The notes beneath the pieces are model-generated. The model had not been told where the DNA came from and did no database searches. It saw only the letters and a program-made list of their open reading frames with translations. A stretch of 63,990 bases of DNA, counting the filler, from Olpidium bornovanus S191 (Eukaryota; Fungi; Olpidiomycota): NCBI GenBank assembly GCA_017911155.1. It is 31 parts of 31 records of this genome, joined end to end, with 100 filler letters (N's around TTAATTAATTAA, not from the genome) between each part and the next. Parts side by side here need not be neighbours in the genome. Positions count along the whole stretch, not along the records: positions 35,022 to 36,892 come from JAEFCI010005423.1; positions 36,993 to 38,005 come from JAEFCI010002672.1; positions 38,106 to 40,130 come from JAEFCI010013125.1; positions 40,231 to 43,761 come from JAEFCI010005059.1; positions 43,862 to 45,820 come from JAEFCI010010313.1; positions 45,921 to 46,987 come from JAEFCI010005702.1; 25 more parts are not named here. One strand, 5' to 3'. The position numbers and the translations under genes were made by a program. Numbering within the stretch: position 1 is the stretch's first letter; every line of letters starts with the position of its first letter. This document shows, piece by piece, positions 35,046 to 47,087 of the stretch.

Positions 35046-36892
35046 TCAGCGATTACAAGACTTGCTACTCACTGTATTTCCCTTCCATAACCAACCAATC
35101 ACCTGGATGTCGGGAATCATCGCGCTGGCGAGGTTCGGGAGGGGCGCGCGGCAGCGTCGCGTGACGTTGGGAAACACCGTGATCTGATCCTCAAAATTGA
35201 CATATAACAGGCATGGGACGTTGCGGCCGGGCGTCACCGCGTATTCCGCTGCCGAGGCATTGGACGCGCGGATCAAAAAGACAGTTAATTTTGCCTGCGC
35301 CAGAAACCAGGCATCCTAAAACCAGCGCAAACAAGGGAGAACAGGACTGCGCATCATACCAGCCGTAAACGTACACACCCGCTCCGGAAACTCGTAGTGC
35401 AGCATGTTAAAATCCTGGTCGATCACGAAGGTGTTCCCGTCCCAGGCGCACGCGATGAGGACATCGCGGCCGTCGCCGGCGAGGTCGATCTTTGCTAAGG
35501 CGAAAACCTTGTTCCGAACGCCCATATCGCAAGTCCGCTTCTTCGGCGGGTTTTCGCCAAGGTCGAGGAACGTTACAACGCCTGCAGTGGTAGGCTTCCA
35601 GTCAAACTGTGCGCCGTAGGCAGACGTCGGGTTCGCTCTCACCCTTGACGTACCATCCATGGTGATCATACCGATCCGCTCGTTCTGAGGTTCTCCGTTG
35701 CCTACGCGGAATACCATCGTCAGCCATGGACATGTCCTGGCAACCGCAGATGCATGCTCTGCTGTTCAGCGTACCGTCACGCCAACGAAGGCCGCTGACC
35801 AACTCGGTGACCACTTCGAATGTTTCGTTCCCGGTGTCTGGATTGCTATTCGCGCCGCTCTGTACGGCTCCATAATTCATTGACTCAGTCGCCGGGTGGG
35901 CCGTTTTCGTCCAGCAGCCTCAGCTCACACGCATTCCCGCCTACTCCCACCTGCAGCCTCATGATCCATTCTCGGATCCACACTCCTGTTCCCGTCCTTG
36001 TCGATAACCACAAAGGTGCCGCCCGGCTGCGAAACCAGTAACAACGGGCTGCCCGTTTCATGATTTTTCGCGATCGCGAGGGATCCGACCTGACCGTGCA
36101 CCTGCCACTTCCGTATTTCCTCCGCCCCTAGGCTGGCGCCCATCGTGCGAGGCGCGCCCCGATTTACAGCACCGTTGTCTTCTTGGGAAAGTGGGAACGG
36201 GTTTGCGGCACGTGCGGCCAAGAGCTGGGACCTCTTTGATGGCGAGTCGGACTGCGCGGAAGCTCCGCTTTTCCCGGCGGCGCTCTTCGGCGGCGCCGAG
36301 GGCTGCTGCGTCCGAGTCGTATACTGCTGCTTTGATATGTTGGGGTGCCACGAAGAAAACTCTTCCGGTCCCGACGGCGCGTTTCGCGACGTGCGTGGCG
36401 TCGGCGCGCGCGCGCTCAAGGGCTGCAACCGGAACGCGTGCAACACGCGGTCCGTCCGGCCAAGAACAACTTCGTTAAGGCCGTCACCGTCTTTAAAAAC
36501 GCAGTTGATGACTCGTATGAGATGCGAGTCCCCAATTTCCGATTCGCGGCCCATGCGCGAGTGTGCTGACCTATGTCCCCTATCAGGATTCGCCCAACGT
36601 TGACCGGGATGTTCACCGTGAAATTCGGGCGCTCTACTTTGCGAGGCCTTCCGTGTCCTGACTGCGCTTGATCGCCCGAATAAGTCAACTCGGAATAGTG
36701 CTGCGAGCCCGAGAGCTGAGCTGTAGTCGTGATCGGGTTCGTTGCAGGCACTGTCGGCTCCTCGGCAATCAGAATGTACGGCCAGTGGAATATGTGGCAG
36801 TCGCCTTCGGCGTTCACGCAAATTGCCGATGACTGTATTGAAACAGGCCCGTCAAAAAAACCGCAATTTCTCTTCTTGAAGGATGCCGCCCC
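35046..36892 (-). CDS. ITFG2: ITFG2 (KICSTOR complex subunit), partial, spliced
   Basis: DGDGLNEVVLGRTDRVLHAF; GQVGSLAI...LLVSQPGGTFVVI; FALAKIDLAGDGRDVLIACAWDGNTFVIDQD; PCLLYVNFEDQITVF all parallel animal ITFG2. Confidence 0.88.
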
Positions 36893-36992
36893 NNNNNNNN
36901 NNNNNNNNNNNNNNNNNNNNNNNNNNNNNNNNNNNNTTAATTAATTAANNNNNNNNNNNNNNNNNNNNNNNNNNNNNNNNNNNNNNNNNNNN

Positions 36993-37460
36993 CTCCGCAA
37001 CGTCAATTCCGAGCTCGTCCGCCAACAGCCTCAGGACGCTCGTTTTTCCTGACCCGGCTGGACCCTCCACAACCAAAAGTTTTCTACGCTGCGTCTGTTT
37101 TTCGTCTGTGTTAATTACCACGGAGGCGCGGAGGATGAGGGTGGGAGGTGGGAATAATCTCTTTTGGTATTTGACGAGATTCGACAACCGACCGGGGAAA
37201 AGTTTCCCCCTCCAGAAAGTTACGGGCTCACCGTACGACAAATCTCGCCGGAGGCAGATATCGCCTGGACGAGCCAGGTTCGGACCTGTCGAATTTTGTT
37301 CTCGTGGATCGCGCAGTCCGCCTGAAATGAAACAATTCGCCCCGGGGGTCAACTTCCGAGGCGACGAAAGCGAGACAAAGACGACTTTCAAAAGCATACC
37401 TCACTCTTGGGGGCATACCTGTCAATCCATAGAATGTCGGATGCGCCTGATAAACAAAAC
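36993..37460 (-). CDS. RAD17: Checkpoint clamp loader Rad17/Rad24, partial, spliced
   Basis: LWIDRYAPKSE/ADCAIHENKIRQVRTWL/LLVVEGPAGSGKTSVLRLLADELG: the RFC-box pattern plus Walker A. Confidence 0.85.
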
Positions 37461-38126
37461 TCGGTCAAAGTTTTACCCCCCAAGGCCTCGCCAAAATTCC
37501 CCTCCCCAATGAATGTCGAAATCGCGCCACGCAAGGAGAAAAAGGTGTTTTCGCCGTTCGCGTCCGGCGCAGTATGCTGAACCACAGCATGTGCTTACTC
37601 CGCGATATGCCGCGGGCGGCATATGCGGAAGGGGCTGCTGCTCCGCCTGCCGCCGCTTGTTCGAAGTTGAATTTCCACTTTTTTTTTGAAGATCGCGGCA
37701 AAAAGAGATAAGAAAAAAAAAAGTCCGTCAGGGCGGCGCGAGTCCAAAGAGGTTGCCGCGGGAGGCTTGCGGCCCAGTTCGGCCGATTGTTTTTGGTTTT
37801 CGCGCGCGCTACCTTGCGGGCGGTTGTCCGCGGCGCGGACCGCCTCAGTCCGTCGAAGAGAGAATCCGTCGCGCGTCCCTCCAAGCGCGCGCTCCTCCGC
37901 CGCGCCCTCCCTTCGCCCTCGGGATTGCTGCACTTCGGCGGGAGACACCCCCGCGCGCCGGGAAAGCCTTCTTCGACGGCAGCGGCGGCGCCCTCCGGCC
38001 GGCGCNNNNNNNNNNNNNNNNNNNNNNNNNNNNNNNNNNNNNNNNNNNNTTAATTAATTAANNNNNNNNNNNNNNNNNNNNNNNNNNNNNNNNNNNNNNN
38101 NNNNNAAAAAGGGGGGGGGGGGGGGG

Positions 38127-38164
<38 letters not shown>

Positions 38165-38282
38165 GCGTGGGACTCGACGGCACCGCTGGGCAGACACGCC
38201 GTTTGCGGATTATAAGGGGGCGGCGGGCTTTGTGTAAACAGCACGGGCTGCAGTTACGTGAGGCGGGAGTCTAAGGTTTGTT

Positions 38283-38345
38283 CATGTATGCATCAAGGTT
38301 TGTTGCGACATGTATGCATCAAGGTTTGTTGCGAAATGTATGCAT
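38283..38345. repeat. 2.4 x 26-bp tandem repeat CATGTATGCATCAAGGTTTGTTGCGA
   Basis: Units start at 38283 and 38309, with a partial unit at 38335. Confidence 0.85.
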
Positions 38346-38585
38346 AAATACTTGCAAGAGTTGCCGGCCACTGTTACGCAGCAGCGGTGCCGCGCAACAC
38401 CGGCGGCAGTGCGTGCGCGGCGGACCGCGTAGCGACAGGCGGCGGCAAAACGGGAGGGAGAGCAGGAGGAGGAGGGGGAGGAGCCCTCGGGCCGGGCGGA
38501 AAGGAAAGAGGTGAGACGCGCTCGCGGTGCTCGGGGCGCGGGGACGCGGCGGCCGTGTGTGGGAGGGGGGCCTCGGCTGCAGGGG

Positions 38586-38612
38586 TCACGGGCCGGTCCA
38601 GGCTCCGGCGGA

Positions 38613-38646
<34 letters not shown>

Positions 38647-38799
38647 TCCAGGCGCTCGACGAGCGGGCGGATGTCGCGGTCCCGGGCGGCGTCGAGGAGC
38701 TCCGGGAGGACGTCGCGGGCGGTTTCGGCGGCGAGGCCCGCGGCGGCGTCCTCGAGCCAGCGCGGGGGGAACATCTCGTCGCCGACGGCCAGGAGCTCG

Positions 38800-38857
<58 letters not shown>

Positions 38858-40058
38858 GGCGGCGGCGGCCGGGGAAGGCGGCGGCGGCGGCGAGGGCGAG
38901 GAAGAAGGAGCGGGGCGCGGCCGGGACGCGGCCGGCCTGGGCCAGGAGCCGGAGGAGCGGGACGTGGCCGGCGGCGGCGGCCTCGGCGAGGGCGCACGGC
39001 GAGCGGGGCGCGCCCCCCCAGTCCCCAACGGCGGCGGCGGAGGCGGCGGAGGCGTTGGGGTCGGCGCCGCGGGAGAGGAGCAGGCGGACGACGCCGGCGT
39101 GGCCGGCGGCGGCGGCGCGGCGGAGGGCGGCGTCGCCCTGGGCGCGCACCAGGGCGGGGCGGCGGCCGCGGCCGCCGTCCTCGCCGCCGCCGCCGCCGCC
39201 GGGCCCCGGGCCCCCCTCGGCTTCCGCGGCGGCGGCGCGGTCGAGGAGGAAGCAGGCGACGTCGAGGTGGCCGTTGGCGGAGGCCAGGCGGAGGGCCTCG
39301 CCGTCGCGGGCGGCGACGTCGGCGCCGCTGTCGACCAGCACGCGGGCCACGTCGGCGTGGCCCAGCTCGCAGGCGAGCATCAGCGCGGCGTCGCCGCCGG
39401 CGCGGACGTCGGCGCCGGCGGCGACGAGGACCCGGCACGCGGCGGCGTTCCCGTCGCGGACGGCGCAGCGGAACGCCCGCCCGTCGCGGTACCGCACGTC
39501 GCAGCCCTTGTCGGCGACCAGCCAGCGGACGAGCTCCAGCGCGGCGGCGGCGTCTGCGGCGGCGTCGGCGTCGGCGTCGCCGCGGCCGCCGCCGCCGCCG
39601 ACGCACGCGGCGATGAGCGCCTCGTCCAGCGCCTCGGCGAACCCGGCGGCGGCCAGGGCCTCGAGGGCGGCGGGGCGGCGCGCCTGGGCGAAGAAGACGG
39701 CGGCCTCGGCCAGCACCTCGCGGTCCGCGGCGCCCGCGTGGGCGGGGGACAGGAGCTCGCCGAGGGTGGCGGCGACGGTGCGGGCGACGCCGGCGTCCGC
39801 CGCGGCCCGGTACGGCTCGAGGAACGCCCGCTCGTGCGGCGCGGCGGCCCGCAGCTCCGCGACGTGCCTGGCCAGCCACCGCGCCCGCGCCTGCGGCGTC
39901 GACCCCGTCCCGCCGTCCCGGAAGAGCTGCAGGAAGAGGCTGCGTTTCGCGGTCGCGGCGGGGCCCGCGGGCCGGCGGGAAGAGGAAGAGGAAGAGGATG
40001 AGGCGTAGGAGGAGGAGGAGGAGGAGGAGGAGGCCGGCGACGAAAACGGGCGGGACAT
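38586..40058 (-). CDS. Intronless ankyrin-repeat protein, 490 aa, extremely GC-rich
   Basis: GADVRAGGDAALMLACELGHADVARVLVDSGADVAARDGEALRLASANGHLDVACFLL and further GH..VV.LLL repeats. Confidence 0.88.
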
Positions 40059-41007
40059 GTTGAAGGAAGGGGAAGGGGGGAAAGGAACGGGCGGGTGTGG
40101 GGGGGGGGGGAAGGGGGAAGGGGGGGTTTGNNNNNNNNNNNNNNNNNNNNNNNNNNNNNNNNNNNNNNNNNNNNTTAATTAATTAANNNNNNNNNNNNNN
40201 NNNNNNNNNNNNNNNNNNNNNNNNNNNNNNCATTACCGCCGATATCGACCTGGAGGAGAAATACTCCTTCAGCGAGGCTCGCATTATACTGATGAAGCGT
40301 GTCAAACATTTGGCAAAAACGGGAAACCCCTACATGCGCGGTGTTCCTGTTTTTGACATCAGAGAGATGGAGAATGAAATGCTGTTTCCTTGTTTGTGCT
40401 GCGCTTCGTGCGTTTAGTGCTTGTTGGCTGTATTGCACTATCGGGCCAATGCGCACATTCTGCCAAGAAGACCTTAACCCAATGCGCGTCCGCACCTCGA
40501 CGAGCACTGGCGCGGGCGAGCGGTGGTGGTAGCAGCGGCGGCGGTGCTGCCCATACGAACAGCACCAAAAAAGAAAAAAGCAGGAAGACTTTTTCGCGGC
40601 GGGGCCGCCGGAGTGGGTGACGCCGGCAGTTCTCCGTCTTAGCGCGCCAGCGGTCATGTGCAGTAGAGGCTTGCATTTACTTCAAGCGTCAGCAAATAAA
40701 CCAGCGTTTTCTTGATCACTCCCCTCTCCATTCCCCAGCCTTTTGGTTCGTCGGCCCTGTTAACACTCGCAGTGTGGCTTTGGGTGCCGGAGAACTCCCC
40801 GGTCAGCGAGCGGCGCCGAGCTCGCGGTCCCCCGCCCAACCTCCGTCGCTCTCCATCCCGCCCCCGCGCAAAAATCCTCCGTCGCTTGCTGGTCGCTCTC
40901 TCTATCCCCTTTCTCTCCCGCAGCGACACCGCACTCGGCGGCCGACGGCAGGCCTACGAAGAAACACAGGCCCGTTAGGCGCACAACCAGACGGCGGAGA
41001 GGCAAAC

Positions 41008-43740
41008 ATGACCACGGTCCGGGCAGATCTCTCCTCCGCGGGGACGGTGTTCCGGGACGAATCGTTCGACTCCGCCAGCATCATCTCCGCCGACGACGAT
41101 GAGCCGCTGTCGAAGATCATCACCCCGAGTTACAAGCAGGCCCTTCAGCAGTTCGGTGCGCCGACCGGCCTCCCGCTGACCAGGGAGGACTCGGCCGAGT
41201 TCCGCGCTCCAGGCCCCTGGCCGCGATCCGCCGCTGCGGTGCCCGCCCTGTCCCCGGCGGCGGCGGCGTGTACCTATACGTCGTCCCTGGCAGAGGCGAA
41301 GTGGAGGACGGAGGCGCTCGGCGCCGCCTTTCTCCGGGAGACGGCGGACGTCGCCGGCGAAGCCGACGCCCGGAGGTCAGCGGGAGATGAACCGCCGCCG
41401 ACGACACCGCCGCCGCCGTCTACTTCCTCGTCGTTTGCGTCGCCCGGCGCGGGCCCGACGTCGCCAGCGGCGGCTCAACAGACGGAACGGCGCGGACCGC
41501 CGACGCCCCACTCTCGGGAAAGGTCGCCCTTGCGGTTGACTTTTGAACCGATTGCCCTCGGTGGTCCCGGCGGGGACCGTTCTGTTGAAGAGCCGCGGCG
41601 CGTTCACAGGCACACGATGGCTTCCCGCGACATCAAGGACAGGCCGTGGCGTGGTATGGGCCCTCCGGCAACCTCGGACACCAAAAAAAAAAAATCAAGC
41701 TCCGTGAATCCGCCGCTTCCCTCCCCCCCACCCTGGGCCCGCTTCTGTTGCCGACTGACGTGGGATCTCGCCAGCTTTGCACAGGCAAGTCAGTGACAAG
41801 GGCCCGACCAGCCGTTACCCTGCCGTGCCGGCGGTTCAGACCAGGAAGTCTTTGTTGCAGAATTCCGTATTGATGCGGCGGTCGAGGTCGGACGGCTCGC
41901 TCGAAAAACTTCGGAAAAGTACGGGTACGTCGGGCAAAACTGGCAACGACTGGACCTCGTGGCTGTACCGAGGGCGGGGTCGTCTTTCCGGCGCTTTCAG
42001 CCTCCAACGGCAGACCCCATTTCCGAGAAACTCCTGTTCTCAACAATCACTTGCCGGCTCTTTTTCGGCCGCTGCAGTTGTGAACGTCGACGTTTTACGA
42101 CATCCGTATAGGCTGGGGAAGTAAGATTCTAGGGCGGAACAAGCGGCGTTGGCGATTCAGCGAATGTGGCGACTCCACCGCCTGAGGGACCACTTTTTCC
42201 GAATGAAGAACAACCTGCAGGAAGTACGGCGTTCCGCAGGTGACTCGATTCTATTTGGATTATCTATATATTATTTGGGGGGGTGGGGCGGAGTGGGAAG
42301 GAGGATAATTGCCACGAAGGCGCGAGTCGAAGCGGCGGATTGGCTCAATTTGCACTTCTTTCCTCAAACCTGGCCCGTAATGAAGTGCAGTTGAACGGCG
42401 GTTATGAACTGGGCGGCCCGCCGTGTCGGTCCTTCGCAGGTGCGAATGACCGTTTCTCGGAATTGCCGCAATCGAACCTGACACTCTTTATGCCACTGCG
42501 CCGAAACCCTGACTGTGGCACGAAATCCGTACCGACAGACCTGACGGATCCAAAGGGCGCCTTTTGGGCCGACCCGCACGTCCCCGGAGGCTCGCGGTTC
42601 GGCAGGGCGCCGCCGCCGACGCCCGTCGTTCCGACGGCCGGGACATTCAAATTTTCGGCCGATTCCGCGCCGCCGGACGTGATTGAGGAAGAAGAGCCGG
42701 AGTCGGCGTTGTCAAAATCCGCGGTATTCGGCGTCGCCGGCGATCTGTTGGCCAGAACGGCGCGCTTGCGGGACGAGCCTCCCTCCGCCGCTGCCACCCT
42801 CCGGAGGAAGTCGTTTGCGGACGGCTTGAACCCCGTGGAATCTGTTGAGAGCCTGGCGGAACTGTCGCGCGCCGGGTCTGGCAGGAGCGTCAGGGACCCG
42901 AACAGTGCGCAGGAGGAGATCTTGCGGAACTGCGTCGCGGAATTCAACATAAACCCAACCAAGGTTCGAAAGAGAAAAACGGGGGTGGGGTTGGACGTGG
43001 GAGGGGAGGGGCGGGAGAGAGAGAAGGGGGGGAAGGGGCGGGTGACGCACGGGCGTTCCCCGTCGAAACGAGCAGCGGCCTTCCCGCCTCAGCGGTTAAG
43101 CGTGCCCGACGCCTCACTCTCCTTCTCCCCGCCTGCCGTCGCCCGCCGCAGGGTTTGCAACAACTCATCGCGTGCAAGTTGGTGGAGAACGATCGCAAGG
43201 CAGTGGCGAACCTCCTTTTCACAGAGCCGCGGTTAGACAAGACCAGTCTAGGAGAATACCTGGGCATTGGGTAAGCATACCGCAGATATCCCAGGGACGT
43301 GGACTCCCAAAATCTCGCAGTTCCGGTGCCCGCTAGAGCGATGGTGCGCGCTGAACCGTTACAGTGACCCGTTCAATATCGCCGTCCTCGGCGAGTTCGT
43401 CGGTTTGCTGGATTTCACAGGCCAGGACTTTGATACCGCCCTCAGGTAAGGGTCGAACTTCGGTTTCCCGTCGTTGTGCAGCAATTAGCTGCTGCGCTCA
43501 GTTTTTTCCCGGGAACGGGGAGGTGGGGTGGGAGGGAGCCGCGCTGCAGGCTCGGAAACACCTGGCCACGTACGCGCGAGATTTAAAACAGCGTCATCGG
43601 CTCGCCGCGTTATTGCAAATTCGTTCCAGAAAATTGCTGACGAAGTTCCGGCTTCCGGGAGAGGCGCAAAAGATTGACAGAATAATGAACAACTTCGCCA
43701 TTCAGTTCTGCAAAAATAATCCCGGGGTTTTCAACTCATT
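41008..43740 (+). CDS. Sec7-domain ARF guanine-nucleotide exchange factor (partial, spliced)
   Basis: [14 protein letters not shown]...[46 protein letters not shown], after a long low-complexity N-terminus. Start at 41008 is inferred. Confidence 0.9.
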
Positions 43741-43861
43741 GGGTATGCGCTCCCACCCCCCNNNNNNNNNNNNNNNNNNNNNNNNNNNNNNNNNNNNNNN
43801 NNNNNTTAATTAATTAANNNNNNNNNNNNNNNNNNNNNNNNNNNNNNNNNNNNNNNNNNNN

Positions 43862-45437
43862 CATGAGCAAATTGAAGCGCGAGGCCGAGAAGGTGAAACC
43901 GGAGCTGGAACTTCTTTTGGGCGACTCCCGCCCTGCGCTATTGCCGCGGGCGACCACCTGCAAACTCACTGCTGTTCAACAAAATTGTTTTTTTTTCTTC
44001 TTCGCCGCCCCAGGTGAAACGCAGACTCTCGTCGCAGATGTCCGCCCGCATTGAGATCGAGAGTTTCTGCGACGGCATCGACTTGTCCGAAAGCATATTG
44101 CGTGCCAAGTTTGAGGAGCTCAACAACAACCTTTTCCGTAAGACTCTCAAGCCCGTCGAGCAGGTCCTGAAAGACGCCAAGATCTCCAAAGCCGACGTCC
44201 ACGACATCGTTCTCGTCGGCGGGTCGACTCGTATTCCCAAGGTCCAGCAGCTCCTCGAGGAGTTTTTCGACGGCAAGAAAGCGAGCAAAGATATCAATCC
44301 CGACGAGGCCGTCGCCTGTAAGTGGATGGTCCACGTTTTTGGCATTCTATTTGCACGGTTTTGGTCCATTTTTGACGCCCGCGTTCGCGTAACATCCGAT
44401 ATCTGCAGATGGTGCCGCCGTCCAGGGGGGTGTCCTATCTGACGAAGAGGGCGTCGGTGGCATTGTCCTGCTCGACGTCTGCCCGCTGACCCTTGGTATT
44501 GAAACCACCGGTGGCGTGATGACCAAGTTGATCCCACGCAACACTGTCATCCCGACCAAGAAGTCACAGATTTTCTCTACCGCGGCCGATAATCAAAACG
44601 TACGAGTTCCTCTCTTTACATTTTTTTGTTTTATCTTACCGTTGAGTCAAATGCCCGTTTTGTTATCGACCCCTTATGGTGGAATATTTTGTGTCGTTTC
44701 CCTTAGACCGTCCTCATCCAAGTTTTCGAGGGCGAGCGCACGATGACCAAGGATAATCACCTCCTCGGCAAGTTCGATCTCACCGGCATCCCGCCGGCGC
44801 CTCGAGGCGTCCCGCAGATTGAGGTGACATTCGAGATCGACGCCAACGGTATTCTTAGGGTCAGGTGAGGCTCTGTTCTGAACGTGATACAATCGATTCG
44901 TCAACTGCTTCCGCGTCACAATTGAAAGCTCCCTGCGGAGCTGTCCTGGCCGTCGGACAAATGATAGCTTAGACTAGTTCTTCGCTTGCTGTTTACTCCA
45001 TTAGTGCCGCTGATAAGGCCACCGGAAAGTCCGAGTCCATCACCGTCACGAACGAGAAGGGCCGCTTGAGTGAGGAGGAGATTGAGCGCATGGTTCGCGA
45101 GGCGGAACAGTTCGCAAGCGAAGACCAGGCGCTGCGCGAACACGTCGAGGCCAAGAACGCATTGGAGAACTACATGTACACTATCAAGAACCAGGTTTCG
45201 GACTCGAGCGGCATCGGAGGGAAGCTTTCGGAGGAGGACAAGAAAACCATCCTAGACGCCGTCAAGGAGACGCAATCGTGGGTCGAATCCACGGCGGAAT
45301 CCGCAACCAAGGACGAGCTCGAAGAGAAGAAGTCGGAGATCGAGGGCATCGTAATGCCGATCATGTCGAAGCTGTACGAGAGCGCAGGCGGAGCCGGGGA
45401 GGAGGACCACGCCGGACACTCCCACGACGAGCTGTAG
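43862..45437 (+). CDS. KAR2: ER Hsp70 chaperone BiP, C-terminal half (spliced)
   Basis: [64 protein letters not shown]; ends in the ER-retention signal HDEL*. Confidence 0.97.
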
Positions 45438-45700
45438 ATAGGGAATGGAAAACAGTAGTTATTTTGTGGAAAACGAACGCCGATAAAGTCTTTCGCCCCG
45501 ACTTCCGCGGGCGGGTGCCCCTTATTTGCCCTTTTTTTTGGTGGCGGTCTCGCCCTGTTGACTTCGGGTTGAAAAAAGGAGCCATGGGGCTCTTCTATTC
45601 CTTGATTCTACCCGGTTTTATAGAGAGGGATTCAGGGGAAAGTCTCCGGTCCAGGGGTTGGATGTGCGCGGTGCCATGCGTGCTTTGCCCCCCTTTTCTA

Positions 45701-45820
45701 TGTTGGACAGTATAGTTGGAACCCCTCAATGTTTATGTCTACTCCCTTATAACGCGTAAACTCCTGTGTACAATACAACGCCCTCACGCGGCGAAACACA
45801 TAACTTTCACAGGTTATGAG
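45701..45820 (+). mobile_element. Copia family A 5' LTR (45701-45811, 111 bp) plus PBS
   Basis: TGTTGGACAGTATAGTTGGAACCCCTCAATG...TTTCACA then GGTTATGAG at the contig end, about 260 bp downstream of the KAR2 stop. Confidence 0.85.
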
Positions 45821-47087
45821 NNNNNNNNNNNNNNNNNNNNNNNNNNNNNNNNNNNNNNNNNNNNTTAATTAATTAANNNNNNNNNNNNNNNNNNNNNNNN
45901 NNNNNNNNNNNNNNNNNNNNCATGGGGGAAAAGGGTTGTAGGAAAAAGGGGCACCGAGCGCACAAGCCCCCGAGTTGCCCCTGCATAGACCCTTTAGTCA
46001 CCGTCATATAAAATAGTGCCAGAGGAACCTAGTTAACAAACGCCCCGAACACAGAATACAGTTCTCTTCTTCGCCTTCTTCTTCGGCCCGGCTCCAACAG
46101 GGGTAACTGGGGCTGGATCTCGCGGTGCGTCCGCCGCTCCTCGCCTCGCGCCGCCAGGAAAGAACGCGGAGGGAGCGGGGAAGGGGGGGTCCAGGGACCC
46201 GCGCGCGCGCGCGCGTCCGCAGCAGAAAAGGAGTCTGCTTAATACCGCGTGGGTATACGGGCAGAGAGTGCGGCCGCGGCTGGTACGTGCTCCTGCGTAC
46301 GTGCGCAATATGCGGCGCTAGGGGGCGTCCCCACCTGTAGCGTGCCGTGGCAGCCGTCCAGAAACTATCTCCGTAACTGCACCACCGGCTAGTTCCTTTT
46401 TCTTCCTTCCATACAATTCTACGCCCGTGGCAACGTTTGCAACAGCATCAGACCATTGAGTCCATCGTCATCGTCGCTGCTCGGACCTTTCAACCCCAAC
46501 GCCGCCGCCGTCGCTCTGAACAGAAATTTCTAGAAAAGCCGTAGCAGTCACCGTTGCTCTAAACGGAGGCCTCTCGAGGCATTGCCGATCATCGTCCCGC
46601 CTCATTCCTCGTTGAGGGCTGTCCGCGCTGTTGTATCTCAGCCGGGGGGTGGGGGTTAAGGGGGGAGAGTAATCTCGCAGCTTCTAGGCTTGTCCTGTCC
46701 TGCCCTGTGCCGTTTCAATTCTCGTCCAATGAGCTTATGCAACGCTTCTCTGCATGCGAGAGTGTGCCAAACATGCCGAAGCTGTCGCTCAACAAGCAAT
46801 CCAAACAGTGACATTTTCTTAACCCATGACAATCCTAACGCCTGTCGCTCTTGTATGGTGCCGTCGACTTAGAACCAACACGATCGTCACCCAACTTTGA
46901 GGATTTATGGACACCCACTCAAACACAATACCTGGAATTTGATTAATGGAATTGAAGCTTCTGGGTGTGCTCTTCAATTCCCATTAANNNNNNNNNNNNN
47001 NNNNNNNNNNNNNNNNNNNNNNNNNNNNNNNTTAATTAATTAANNNNNNNNNNNNNNNNNNNNNNNNNNNNNNNNNNNNNNNNNNNN

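Noticed and set aside
38374-40008. Overlapping 400-500-aa Arg/Ala/Gly-rich ORFs on both strands
   Set aside because: These are shadow frames of the very GC-rich ankyrin gene. The same applies around 6857-7963 and 56990-58340.
45921-46987. Coding fragments in this contig
   Set aside because: Only short frames with no identifiable domain.
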